Positions 28,889 through 40,400 of a DNA stretch of 64,000 nucleotides are shown piece after piece (within the stretch, counting starts at the first letter, position 1; every line of letters starts with the position of its first letter). The translations under genes and the position numbers were made by a program. The stretch is from Fibrobacterales bacterium (GTDB taxonomy: Bacteria; Fibrobacterota; Fibrobacteria; Fibrobacterales; JAOPTW01). The notes under the pieces are model-generated. The model searched no databases and was not told the origin of the DNA. It saw only the letters and a program-made list of their open reading frames with translations. The stretch lies in the NCBI GenBank assembly GCA_051532055.1, contig JAOPTX010000032.1:96001-160000 (forward strand). Reading direction: 5' to 3'.

Positions 28889-30037
28889 ATGAAACAATTG
28901 CTCATCTATGCCCTCATTTTCTCCGCGCTATCTGTTCTCATTTCCTGCGCCAGAGATACCGTTTCAAGTGGTACTGTCTACGGTATGGAGTCATCGGCGA
29001 GTTCTGCTCAACAGCCCTCTTCATCAATTGATTCTGTCGACGTTTCCACTAACCCAGACGCCACCTCATCATCCAACACCCAAGAAACACTTCCCTCTTC
29101 TCACGATCAAAACCAGACCTCATCAGACTCCCAAAGTACACCCTACTCTTCTCAAACTCATAATACAACGTCTTCAACAGATGCATCGACCCCTTCTTCA
29201 AGCATCAATAATTCAGCGGTGAACAATTCATCAAGTGAAAGTGAACCACCTGCGAGTAGTAGTAATGGTACAGTAGCTGGCGAACCTGATAGAATTAACA
29301 CCTTTGTCAGCGGAGACATTGAACATATCTATGGTAAAGGAACCACTCCGGATTCAAGTAAAATACTCAATGGTGCAACAAGCCTCCTAAAAGAGAACCG
29401 CTATTTTGACCCACAAGGCGCCCTCAAACATTGGGACCAGTATGACCCCACTAGTACCTACATCAAAACAACTCAACTATCGACTGATGGCGTCATTAGA
29501 CAAGTGACCCAGTGGTACGGGCCTGACTCTCTTGATTACATTCAAAATAGAGACACAAACTCCAAACCAACTGACCTTACAAAATACGAAAACAATAAGA
29601 AAGTAACGGTTCAATACTATAACCCTGCAGAACAGATCACTTCACAAATACAGTTCGACTCATTTGAAATCAAAAACGCAGAAATCAATTTTATAAACGG
29701 TATTAAAAGTGAGCGTGCCGATTTTTTAAGTGATGGAATCACTCGAGCAACATACACCACTTATGACGATTCAGGCATTGTTGCACAACAAACATCGTAC
29801 CATCCTGATGGCACTACTCTTAAAACAGTTAGTAACTATATTCCAAATAGTTCTGGAAGTCAAATGACCCTTCAAAAGTCATATGACACATCTGGAAAGA
29901 TTACCTTAGAACACCACTTTCATGCAGAGGGCTGGGAAGAAACACAAATTCAATATGACTATGGGCGAGATTTAAAAGTGGTTATCACTCTTAATGCTGC
30001 AGGTGAAATTGTGAACAGTATAGAGGTTGGGCCTTAA
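28889..30037 (+). CDS. Lipoprotein with Ser/Thr-rich linker and beta-hairpin (DUF2963/YD-like) repeats
   Basis: Lipobox LISC; S/T-rich tract; repeats FLSDGITR, YDDSG, YHPDGTTLK, YDTSGK. Confidence 0.6.
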   Translation: MKQLLIYALIFSALSVLISCARDTVSSGTVYGMESSASSAQQPSSSIDSVDVSTNPDATSSSNTQETLPSSHDQNQTSSDSQSTPYSSQTHNTTSSTDASTPSSSINNSAVNNSSSESEPPASSSNGTVAGEPDRINTFVSGDIEHIYGKGTTPDSSKILNGATSLLKENRYFDPQGALKHWDQYDPTSTYIKTTQLSTDGVIRQVTQWYGPDSLDYIQNRDTNSKPTDLTKYENNKKVTVQYYNPAEQITSQIQFDSFEIKNAEINFINGIKSERADFLSDGITRATYTTYDDSGIVAQQTSYHPDGTTLKTVSNYIPNSSGSQMTLQKSYDTSGKITLEHHFHAEGWEETQIQYDYGRDLKVVITLNAAGEIVNSIEVGP

Positions 30038-32325
30038 TCAGGCCGCCCCATGAAGGTCATTTCTATCAAATCAGCCATATCAGAACCATTAACTGCAGAA
30101 ATGCAGATTCTATAATATTGATACTCCCCTGGCTGATTTAAGACAAAAGTCAACTCAGTCGATTTAAACCCTATATCAATCCAATCAACATCTACCACAA
30201 TATTGGACCGGGTATCAACTGTGGTCCAGTCTGCATTAGCAATATCATCAGTTACTTTAACACTTGAAGAATTTGCTCCCTGTAAAATCCAATCTTTTGG
30301 AAGCCTATCGTTAAGAGACTCATAGCGTCCACGGAGCACATATTCTAAAACTTTCTGCTGAGTATCAAAAGCATACATCACATTTGCTGTACCTGTACTT
30401 ATTACCGTGAAGTCCACTTCCGACCCTGATCCCCACTGAGTCCAGTTAGAAGCACCATCAAAAAGTTTCCACGTTGCAAACCTAGAATCGCTAGTTATGG
30501 TATTAGTAGATACTCTATCATGATCTATCTCTGTTGTAGGTATAGTGATATTTTGAATAGGTTCCTCCATAAGGCTAATCTCTATAATATCTACCAATGA
30601 TGAGCCATTCACTTCTTGTACACACAGTCTATAGATTAAATAATCAGCGGGCTTATCCACTGTGAATGCAATGGTGTCGTAACCAGTAGAAGACTGCCAC
30701 TCATCATTAGTATCAATGGAAAATTGAGTATCAATAGTAGTCCATGTACTGACATCAACTGCATCTTCTACAGCAACAGTTTCATCATTGGACCCCTGGA
30801 GAACCCATTTTTTAGGAAGGCGATCTTTTAATGTATCATACCGACCCATGATCCGATACTCTTTAATTCGTTTTGTTTCACCAAACCGGTACATATTATT
30901 TGCCGTTGAACCCACTGTGTCAAATGCATTTGTTGAAACCCAAGCCTTATCCATATCAAACTCTCTGTCAAAAGCCAGCCAGCCAGGATATGACGCATTA
31001 TATATTGAAGTTGTCGTAACCTCAATTGACCCCTGACTAGCGGCAACCATAGAATCAGTTGCAACAACAAGTGAAGTATCTATTATGGAAGGAAGGGCCC
31101 CTCTCATCACAGACTCAGAGGACGATGACACAATCACTAACGAAGAGGATGATACAATAACCGATGAAGAAATAACTATTTCTGGTTCAGAAGAACTCGA
31201 AGAGAGAGGAGTGACACTCGACAAGAGAGAATCACCACTCGCCGTGTCGACAATTGCTGTATCAACGACTATCAAATCATCTGCTGAAGATAGCAGAATA
31301 GGATCCTTATCAACCTGCTGCACAACTGAACTCAATAGTGCTGCCGAAGAACTTTGGCCCAAAGAATCTCCAGCGTCCGAACTACTCGGTACTATTACTT
31401 TCGATGATGAAAGCATAACGCTTGAAGACGAGAGCACCGCCTCTGAAGATGAAAAATCAAATACGATCTCACCATAACTCGACAATCCACTTGAAATAGG
31501 GTCGGGACGAGCAATACACACACTATTTGTCCAATCAAATACCTGAGTAGCACTACACTCCCGAGCGAGATCGAGAGATTCAACACATTTAAGCGTATCA
31601 CCCATTGGGCAGCCATAAGAGTAGGCTTCAATAATTTTTATAGAGACCGTATCAATCATCTCTTTTCCGTGGTCTACAACAAGCTCATCAACCGTAAACT
31701 CTTCTGCAAGTCCCGTACTCTCGTCACTGGTAATTTTAAATACGATTTCATATTCGCCCTCAGGCATATTTGGAATAACTACTGCACCATTTAAATCACG
31801 CACATAGCGAACCGGCTTACCCGAGACCATCACCTCAACAGTCACCGTAGGGTCTTCTGTTATCTGAAATACAACATCTTTTGCAGGCTTCAATGAAACA
31901 GTACTATCAGAATCGCTCTTATGAGTAAGAGAATCTATCCATACTGAAAAAGCCTCAGTACCCTCATGCCATTCAGCGGTCATAAAATAGTGAGCTGTTG
32001 TATCCACTTCAATCTCTATGCGCCCATTGGTGTCAGTATATTCAAAGTCTACCCAATTATCTGCAACAACCTCTGCAATAGAAGCCTTTGCAGCAAAAGC
32101 AGATGTCGCTTCTTGTGTATCATATTGATACAGTGTAACCAAGGCCCCAGATAAAGTGTCCCCATTGGGACCCGTGATTGTTGCCGTAATAACATTGTCA
32201 GTCCCGACTGTAGACCCGATATCATCCCCTCCCCGAGCACAATTCAAAACCGCAACAACAATACATGCACCTAAAAATACATTGAAAAAATTATTAAGAA
32301 AATGACTACGCATCTTTGCCATCAT
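30034..32325 (-). CDS. Lipoprotein: carboxypeptidase-regulatory-like domain, Ser-rich linker, two tandem F5/8 type C (discoidin)-like domains
   Basis: Lipobox VLNC; LSGALVTLY..TDTNG; duplicated domain RLPK.W.LQG.N..WTT.DT..Y..YR.C...VNGS. Confidence 0.75.
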   Translation of the reverse strand: MMAKMRSHFLNNFFNVFLGACIVVAVLNCARGGDDIGSTVGTDNVITATITGPNGDTLSGALVTLYQYDTQEATSAFAAKASIAEVVADNWVDFEYTDTNGRIEIEVDTTAHYFMTAEWHEGTEAFSVWIDSLTHKSDSDSTVSLKPAKDVVFQITEDPTVTVEVMVSGKPVRYVRDLNGAVVIPNMPEGEYEIVFKITSDESTGLAEEFTVDELVVDHGKEMIDTVSIKIIEAYSYGCPMGDTLKCVESLDLARECSATQVFDWTNSVCIARPDPISSGLSSYGEIVFDFSSSEAVLSSSSVMLSSSKVIVPSSSDAGDSLGQSSSAALLSSVVQQVDKDPILLSSADDLIVVDTAIVDTASGDSLLSSVTPLSSSSSEPEIVISSSVIVSSSSLVIVSSSSESVMRGALPSIIDTSLVVATDSMVAASQGSIEVTTTSIYNASYPGWLAFDREFDMDKAWVSTNAFDTVGSTANNMYRFGETKRIKEYRIMGRYDTLKDRLPKKWVLQGSNDETVAVEDAVDVSTWTTIDTQFSIDTNDEWQSSTGYDTIAFTVDKPADYLIYRLCVQEVNGSSLVDIIEISLMEEPIQNITIPTTEIDHDRVSTNTITSDSRFATWKLFDGASNWTQWGSGSEVDFTVISTGTANVMYAFDTQQKVLEYVLRGRYESLNDRLPKDWILQGANSSSVKVTDDIANADWTTVDTRSNIVVDVDWIDIGFKSTELTFVLNQPGEYQYYRICISAVNGSDMADLIEMTFMGRPD

Positions 32326-33169
32326 GTGTCCCTTTTTCGTTTTTCTCACTCATGGGAAAAAACTGGATATTGAGTTGGAATACCCGATCCTTATTCCGAA
32401 CCTCAGCTTCTTCGTGAACAATATTAATAATCTCTTCCTGAACTACCATTATTTTCTTCTTAATTCTCATCAAAGCATGGTCAGTGGCGGCCACAGTTTG
32501 TGTTATTATATGGCGTTCCTCCCGAGGGATGTTTTTGAGTGCTTCCTTTGCTTGATCCATCATGAGCCCTTGATAGTCATGAATAGCCTGAACGCCAACC
32601 TCCGCTGCCCCCATCATAGAAATCTCAGATGGACGCCAAAACCCTTGCTTATCCTCTACAATAAGCTCCAGTTTCTTAAGAAGCGTTACTGTAGCTCGCG
32701 CCTCTGCAGATCGTATTGGTGGATTTACAAAACGAGCCAACTCTTTAATGTCATCCTTAAAATCAAGAACCGAAAGGGCTTGGTGTACTGCAATATGATA
32801 CCATTTACTAAAAAACTTCATCTGATCTTTTTTAAGTTGCTTTGTACCCGCTGGTTGCAGCTGCATCATTTTTTTAAAAATCAACTCTCTTTCATTTGAA
32901 TCAGATTCATGGGTATAGGCGACAATAAGTTCAAAATAATTGGCTTGTGACCCACTAAGCTTCAATGCTTTCACAAATTTTGGGATATAATTAGGTGTTA
33001 AATTATTAACCCCTTCCACAATATTTTTGTAGAGCCCTGATGAGTTATACCCCGCTATACGCGCAAAGAAGCGATACGAAAATTTCGAATCCACTAGTTT
33101 ACGTTCACTATAATAGTCCCGTAAATAGTGACGATAATTATAGTAGTTAAATATGTCAGGTAACTTCAT
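32306..33169 (-). CDS. TIGR02147-family (DUF4423) protein
   Basis: IFNYYNYRHYLRDYY..KFSYRFFARIAG, FFSKWYH, VFQLNIQFFP. Confidence 0.88.
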   Translation of the reverse strand: MKLPDIFNYYNYRHYLRDYYSERKLVDSKFSYRFFARIAGYNSSGLYKNIVEGVNNLTPNYIPKFVKALKLSGSQANYFELIVAYTHESDSNERELIFKKMMQLQPAGTKQLKKDQMKFFSKWYHIAVHQALSVLDFKDDIKELARFVNPPIRSAEARATVTLLKKLELIVEDKQGFWRPSEISMMGAAEVGVQAIHDYQGLMMDQAKEALKNIPREERHIITQTVAATDHALMRIKKKIMVVQEEIINIVHEEAEVRNKDRVFQLNIQFFPMSEKNEKGTHDGKDA

Positions 33170-33527
33170 CCCATTCCTACTTTTTCTTAGCTAATAGTTA
33201 CGCTATTAACGTTTCTTCGACACCTTATTCTTTCTGCCACAAAGCGAGAACACCCTACTGTATCGAGCAGTAATTCAGATTACAGCCTACAAAGGTCAAC
33301 AATGACAAAACGATCACCACAGCAACCTTCGTAGACTTAACTAACCACTGTTTAAATAATTTTAGAAAAATCTACAAACTAGATGCACTATCAGAACAAC
33401 ATTTTAACTAAAAAAGTGCTAATTATGTTTAAAAAGGTGTTTAATTCCTATAAAACATTGATTTATTGACTAAATGAGCTCAAAAACAACCACGCACCCG
33501 TTTAAACGATTTAATGGTACCAATATA

Positions 33528-34319
33528 TTATTTTGGATTTTTAGGATGAATCTCATCAAAAAGTGCCCAAAAAGTATCTACACCAACCGCCTCGGCACGT
33601 ATCGCCTCTTGAAGGCCTACTTTTTCGAGACCTTCTTTTATAAGGCCCTTTGGATAAAGTGAACTTAAACTATTGTAGAGTGTCTTTCTTTTTTGAGCAA
33701 AACACTGTTTCGCAAATGCCATAAATTCAGGTGTCAATTCACGACAGTTTTCTTTATGTGTAATCATCATCGTCGCAGACATAACATTAGGTCGTGGAGT
33801 AAAGTTTTCAGGCCCAATTTTACGAAGTACACGAGCATCGGCGTAAGAATTGACGAGAACCGTCAGAAACCCATAGTCTCGACAACCCGGCTCCGCACAG
33901 ACACGCTTTGCAACTTCATACTGCACCATCGCCATAATACCACTACTCTTAGAGAGATGGGGAAGCATCGATGTGAGAATTGGTGTCGCCATGTTATAAG
34001 GTAGATTACCAACGATGGTTGCTCCAGGATTTTCTTCAAGATACCCTGCGAGGTCAAAGTCGAGAAAGTTCTTGTTGATCACCGTAAGAAACCGATGCTT
34101 AAGCTTCACGTTCAAATACTGCACGCACTTTTCATCAATCTCTACAGCAGTAACATGCCCCGCCTTATTAAGCATCTTATGGGTGAGCGCCCCATGCCCA
34201 GGCCCTACCTCTAATACAGCGTCATCACGAGTGAGTTCAACATCATCAGCAATTGCCTGAATAATAGCATCATTATTTAAAAAATTTTGACCGAACTTTC
34301 TTCTTCTATTTCTATCCAT
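33528..34319 (-). CDS. rsmA: 16S rRNA m6,2A1518/1519 dimethyltransferase
   Basis: KFGQNFL, LEVGPGHGALT, VGNLPYN, MVQYEVA, F.PRPNV.S. Confidence 0.95.
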   Translation of the reverse strand: MDRNRRRKFGQNFLNNDAIIQAIADDVELTRDDAVLEVGPGHGALTHKMLNKAGHVTAVEIDEKCVQYLNVKLKHRFLTVINKNFLDFDLAGYLEENPGATIVGNLPYNMATPILTSMLPHLSKSSGIMAMVQYEVAKRVCAEPGCRDYGFLTVLVNSYADARVLRKIGPENFTPRPNVMSATMMITHKENCRELTPEFMAFAKQCFAQKRKTLYNSLSSLYPKGLIKEGLEKVGLQEAIRAEAVGVDTFWALFDEIHPKNPK

Positions 34320-34489
34320 TGTGACTCTCAACTCTTCTCTTATTTATGCATGACCTATGCTGAATATTTTAGTCTATCGGGGAATATAAGTACGTTTTAA
34401 GTCCTTAATTTTTGTAGATTTAACCACTGTGCGGCCCATTGTATTGTGTGCCGGTTTTTAATGTATTAACTGTGATTACCCGGATACTG

Positions 34490-37400
34490 ATGCAGCTTAA
34501 ACAGTTCAGCGTTATTGGCTTCAAATCTACATTATTATGGCTCATAATTGGGTGCTTTTTCATAGGCACAGTAATGGGCTCTACCAGCCAGATTGAATAC
34601 CTCAAAACTCCGGAGCGCGTCAAGCCACTCCAAAATATCCTCCCTAAAAAAGGCATTTTAACCCACCCACAATGGGGATACCTTAAATTCCCGGCAAAAA
34701 ACCTCTCTGTTGATCATAAGGTAAACTTTGAAAAACGAGAAATGATAATCACAGCCTCGTTCAATAATAGCCGCAACAAACAAAAAACGGCCCTTTGGAA
34801 CAGCTACTATCGAGAACTTGCGACCTACACTCTTGAGATGAATGACCTCATTTTAAACAAAATTTGGCTTGAATCTCTGATTGGTCAAGAAAACCCCAGC
34901 TCTGTAGGTCAAGGCGATACTCACTTTGAACTTGAAATCCCCATTAAAATGCCTCAGTGGCTTAAAGATGTGGGGATACCTAAACCTACAATCGACATTA
35001 CCGGTGATCTAAACATTCAACTCAAAGGCGTGGGAAAGAAATATACAAGGGACCCCCTTCACAACTCCTTGTGGCCCAATTTTGACCCCAAATTTACACC
35101 AAACTTCTCAGTCAAAGGCTCCATTGGCAAAAACCTTTCTATCCAAATCAATAACCAAGAAGGGTTTCAAATTGCCGATCAATTAAAAATTGTGTATCAA
35201 GAATCTGAGCCCAATGAATTTGAAGACAACATCATTCAACGCATTGAAGCAGGAAACACCTCCCTCTCTCTCGAAGGAACACGATTAACAGGATACTCTG
35301 AAAACCATCAAGGCCTCTTCGGCATAAAAGGTGAATTTAAGTTTGGTGACCTATATCTCACTGCAATAGCCTCCCAAGAAGGGGGCTCCTCTCATAAACA
35401 GTCCCTCAACTCTGAGTATACCGACAGTGAATTTGCAATTAAAGAGAGTGAATTTGTCGATGGAAAACACTTCTTCTTATCTATGGAAGATCGCAATGAA
35501 TACAAGACCAAAAAGGCCCTCGGTGATCAATTAATCCTCAAGACCAAACGGAACCTTACCATTTATGTCTCTGTGCCACGAGAAAACAAAAATGATGGGA
35601 GAAACTATTACAAAGGCCTCACAGGGTACTTTGCTCATAACTTTGCAAACACAAACAATAAATACATCATGAAAGAGCTCAAAAGCGACGAGTTCAACTA
35701 TGACGCAAAGACCGGCATACTCTCACTAACACGCCCCTATAGAAGTAGCCGAGTAGGCGCTTGGTGGGAGGATTTGTCTGTGGGCGATAAAATACTCACT
35801 CAACCTACAGGCGGCAATGAAGGTGGCGACAATACCGGTGTTATTATTTTCAAATCAACAACCCTTATACCTGACCTTGATCTCCTCATGCTCCGCAACC
35901 GATACGCCGTTGGATATACGAGTGAAAGTAAAAATGATTTTCAACTCGAGTTGATAAACAGCAACCAGCAATCGCCAACTAATTTAGTGGCACTCCTTCA
36001 GGACACCCTGGGAGTCACCCTTCCCAAAGATAACGAAAAAGACTTCAACGAACTGACTGGTGAGCTAATCCTCCCCTGTAAAGTAATTCCTCAAACAGTA
36101 CGGAACAATGCAGACTCAGTTTCCTATTACCAAGAAGCGTGTCTTGAACCTATGCGCCATATTATTCCTCAGAGTTCTGCCGACAAACTCTATACCAACA
36201 GTGCAACCCTCCGGAAAAAGTTTGAATCACACTACTCGTTTAAAGTAAAGGGAAAGCGCAAAAATACTCAGATCAATCTCAACAGTGGTACTCACTCCCT
36301 CAATTCAGGGGGATGTATGGATATTGCAGAAGGATCTGAGCGCCTTACCATTAAAGGGGCCGGAACGGTACTCCAACGCGGCAAAGATTATGATGTACTC
36401 TATGAGCTTGGACAGATAAACCTCACCTCTGATCGCGCTCGTGACCCCAACACCGAAATTGAAGTAGAGTACGAGTGCCAACCTCTCTTTCAAATTGAAA
36501 ACAAGTTCTTACTCGGTCTCCGCGCCAAATACCCCCTCGAATCATTTGGCAATGGATCACTTCTTGGTGCTACGATGCTCTACAAAGGGCAATCTCTTAA
36601 AGCGCGTCGCCCACAATATGATCAAACCCCGTATTCTTCATTTCTCTGGGGGTCAAACCTCTTACTCAAAGATAGCTCACGCTTCATGTCAAAAGCGATC
36701 AACATCCTCCCCTTTATCAAAACGAAATCACCTTCACGCTGGACGCTCGAAATGGAAATCGCCCAGTCCTACCACAACCCAAACACCTCAGGTGACGCAC
36801 TCGTAGAAGATTTTGAAGGATCCTCCCGCACAATACCATACAGCATGTATCGCTCATCATGGCATAGAGCCTCTCCCCCACTCAGCACTGACCCCCTAAA
36901 TCCCCTTGATTATCGCTATCAAGCACGGGAGTTTATCTGGCACTCGAATCACGAAAAACGAAGAGGCGAAATTTTTTCATCACTAAAAGAGAAGTACGAC
37001 CGCAATACACGTATACCCATTTTAGAACTCAAAATCAAACCTATTAACCGAGAAGGAAAAAACTGGGGCTCTATAATGAGGGCTAATTCAGACTATGCAA
37101 GTGACCTCAGTGTTGAGTATGAATATATAGAAATCGTTGCAAATGGTACGGGGGGACAACTCCTCATTGACCTCGGGCAAATATCAGAAGATCTCTCAAT
37201 AAACGGCGATGAACCGAACCAAGAGCTCAACTCAGAACAGACAGAAGGAAACATTAGCCCTGATCATGACGACGGACTTGATGGCCTTCCTGATGAATTA
37301 GAGAAACGCAAAGAGTGGCTCTGCTATAGTACTTGTAACACTCCGAACATCATAACATACGACCCTATAACGAATCCAGACCCAGCCCTCGACAACTGGA

Positions 37401-40400
37401 GTGAGCAAGAGTATGTCTCAGACCCAACTTATCAAATCAACGGCACACAAAACAATGCTGAACGTACTGTCTATGACACAGAAGACATTAGTAGAGACGG
37501 ACTCCTTCAGACAACGAATGCCTTTGTCCGATATACCATTGATTTTTCTGACGACATGATCAATGCTAATAATGGTGTTCAAGTAATTGAGCAGCAGGGC
37601 ACCGGACAAAACAGCTGGAAAATTTACCGCATAAATCTCAAAAAGTATAGTGACGTCTATCCTCTTGGAGCGAACCTTACTCAGATTCTACAAAATGCAA
37701 AATTCACTCGATTAACCCTAACAGGAGCCTCAAGCGAAACAGAGGTGAGACTTGCTCGCTTTAATATCGTTGGGAGCCAGTGGGAAACTGAATTTTTGAC
37801 CGATGTCGCTACTGGTGACACGATCAAAACCTTACAAGAGAACTTTACCTCCGATGGCCCAACCTCAACAACGTCTTTCGCCAGTACAACTGAAGAGACT
37901 GGTGGCCGTGTTTCGGTAGATGTTATCGATAACAAAGATGATAATGACATCTACTTCCCCTCCAATAATACTGTTTTTGAAATCGAAGATGATGACACCG
38001 GCACGAAAAGAAGAGAACAGGCACTCATCATCAACTACTCTGAAATTGAACCGGGCCAGCAAGCATTCATTACCCGTAAATTTGAATCGCAACAGTTTGA
38101 CCTAACCAATTATAAAAGCCTTAAAATGGAGATCCACCATGTCGATTCAACTCTCGGTGCATTTAATGACCCAGGAGTGCGCTTTGCCATACAACTTGGA
38201 TCAGATCCAACGAACAAAGGTTCGTATTATGAATGGTCGTTTAGACCCACACCTCAAAGTTGTGGTTCCGATGAAGCATGCCATAGCGGCAACTGGGATG
38301 ACAATGCCTTTGCCTTAGCACTGAGCGAGTGGCCCAAACTCAAGAACCACTCCGATTGGTCTCCTGTGGTTGACACCTCCATTCGATATATTTTACAAAA
38401 TGGAACCTATCAACCTGCCGACCTTAATTATAAACGACAACTCAAAACCCTCCATGATGCCATTGAAGATTCAGAAGGCACCACTGAACGAGCTGAGATG
38501 ATCACCCTTCGTGGAAATCCATCAATAAGCAACATAAGTTGGATGCGTATTGTAATCATCGTGGATGACGAAGAGCTTTCGGATGATCCTCGTACCGTAT
38601 CAGGTGAATTTTGGGTTAATGATCTCAGGCTCGATGGTATTCGTGATGGCTGGGGAACATCTGCACGTTCACGAATTCAACTTGAGTTTGGTGATGTTCT
38701 CACTCTCAGTACCGATGTCACTTATCAAAATGGTAACTTTGCACCTCTGCAGTCTAACTCTGGTTCTGCCAAAAAATCTCCCGCACAATCATCATCCTTG
38801 ATGCAATACAATGCAAGCGCCCAGTTTCATCTTAATAAGTTTTTAAAAGACGAGTGGAAATTTAGAATCCCCTTTATGGTTTCAACGAGTATGAATGTCA
38901 CGCGCCCCTTTACTAAACCCAACTCAGATATTCTTCTCTCAGATGATGACTTTTTTGATTTATCCAAAGACTTCTATGATCACCTCACTGACCAAGAGAA
39001 CATCTTTAGTGAAGATCAACAAGACACCAATTATATCGGTACTAACCACGGTGAAGAACAAACCTTAAGATCAGAAAGTAAAAGTGAAGGCTTTCAGACT
39101 GTACAGCTCAGAAAACAACTCAGCGTGAGTTTTGCTAAAGAATATGTCCGGCATAAGTCCCTCCCTGTAGAAATGCTCTCTCAAGTATTACTCGAGCGAC
39201 CAACACTCTCTTACAAGTATGTGGAGTCCGAAAACTTCTCACCAACGTCAATTGATACCAATTATACTTATACCACCTCTGCCAAGTATAAATTTGGTCA
39301 ATTAAAAGCGAGTAAATTCCGACCCTTTTCGAGCTTCAAGAGTTCTAAAAATTCTTGGATTAAGTCACTCTCTAAAACATCCTTTTCACCCTGGCCCGAA
39401 ACATTTGATGTTACGCTTGCTGATTTTTCATTTAACAAACGCCTCACCAACAACCGTTCTGTTGATTCTCCTAATTTTACTCATAGAGAGACCGATTACG
39501 GACTTGACCTCAAGCACTCAATCAATATGCGATGGAAAATGTTTAACTTTCTCACCGCTTCTTACGACCTTACTATAAACCGTGACTTTAATGATTTTCA
39601 TGCTGACTTTGCCAAAGAGGCGCTTTTTGATAGTGAAAAGGGCGGGGGACTTTTAGGACTTGGACGTATTACAAGTCTCGACACTAACGATCATGCCCGT
39701 CGCTATCTCCTCAGAGATAGTTCAGGAGTCTATGAAGACATCACTTACCAAGATGAACGCATCTCACAATACATAAATTATGACTCAGTCCTTGTTGACC
39801 CTGCAGCAATCGATGGGTCTGACTATGGCATCTTGCTTAATGAGTTTAAACGATCACAAAATATGAAACTCAATTATAGTCCTCAATTTGTCGATTTTGT
39901 CACCACTCGTTTTATCCTTGAGTCCCGATTTAATCATGACCGAAACAATACCAACTTTAGTGATGACACTACCGACACGTATTGGACACTCAAACAAACA
40001 AATAGTTTTCAAACATCCGCAACTCTCAAACTCCCCCAACTCTTTGACTTTAGTGCTACCAAAGGCATCTCAAAATTTTTAAAAAAAATGAAGTGGTCTA
40101 GCCTACGCAGCACCTGGAAGGTAAATCTCAACACTTCTGGAGAAGAGTATACTTTTGCAGACTTAGAACGCCAAGGCGTCTCAGCAAGTGACTACTATAA
40201 GTACTCTTTTGGCCTCGCTGAAGGTGGTGGTTGGCGCCATCCCGGCAATATCGTCACGGGAACTATGGGCAAAAATAACTGTGAAGACTATACCCATTTT
40301 GCTGAATACTGTAATCAAGAAATTTTTTACCTTCAAAACCCTTCCGATTCTAATGGATTCAGAAATAAAAATCAACTCATCAACAAACACCTTCTACCCA

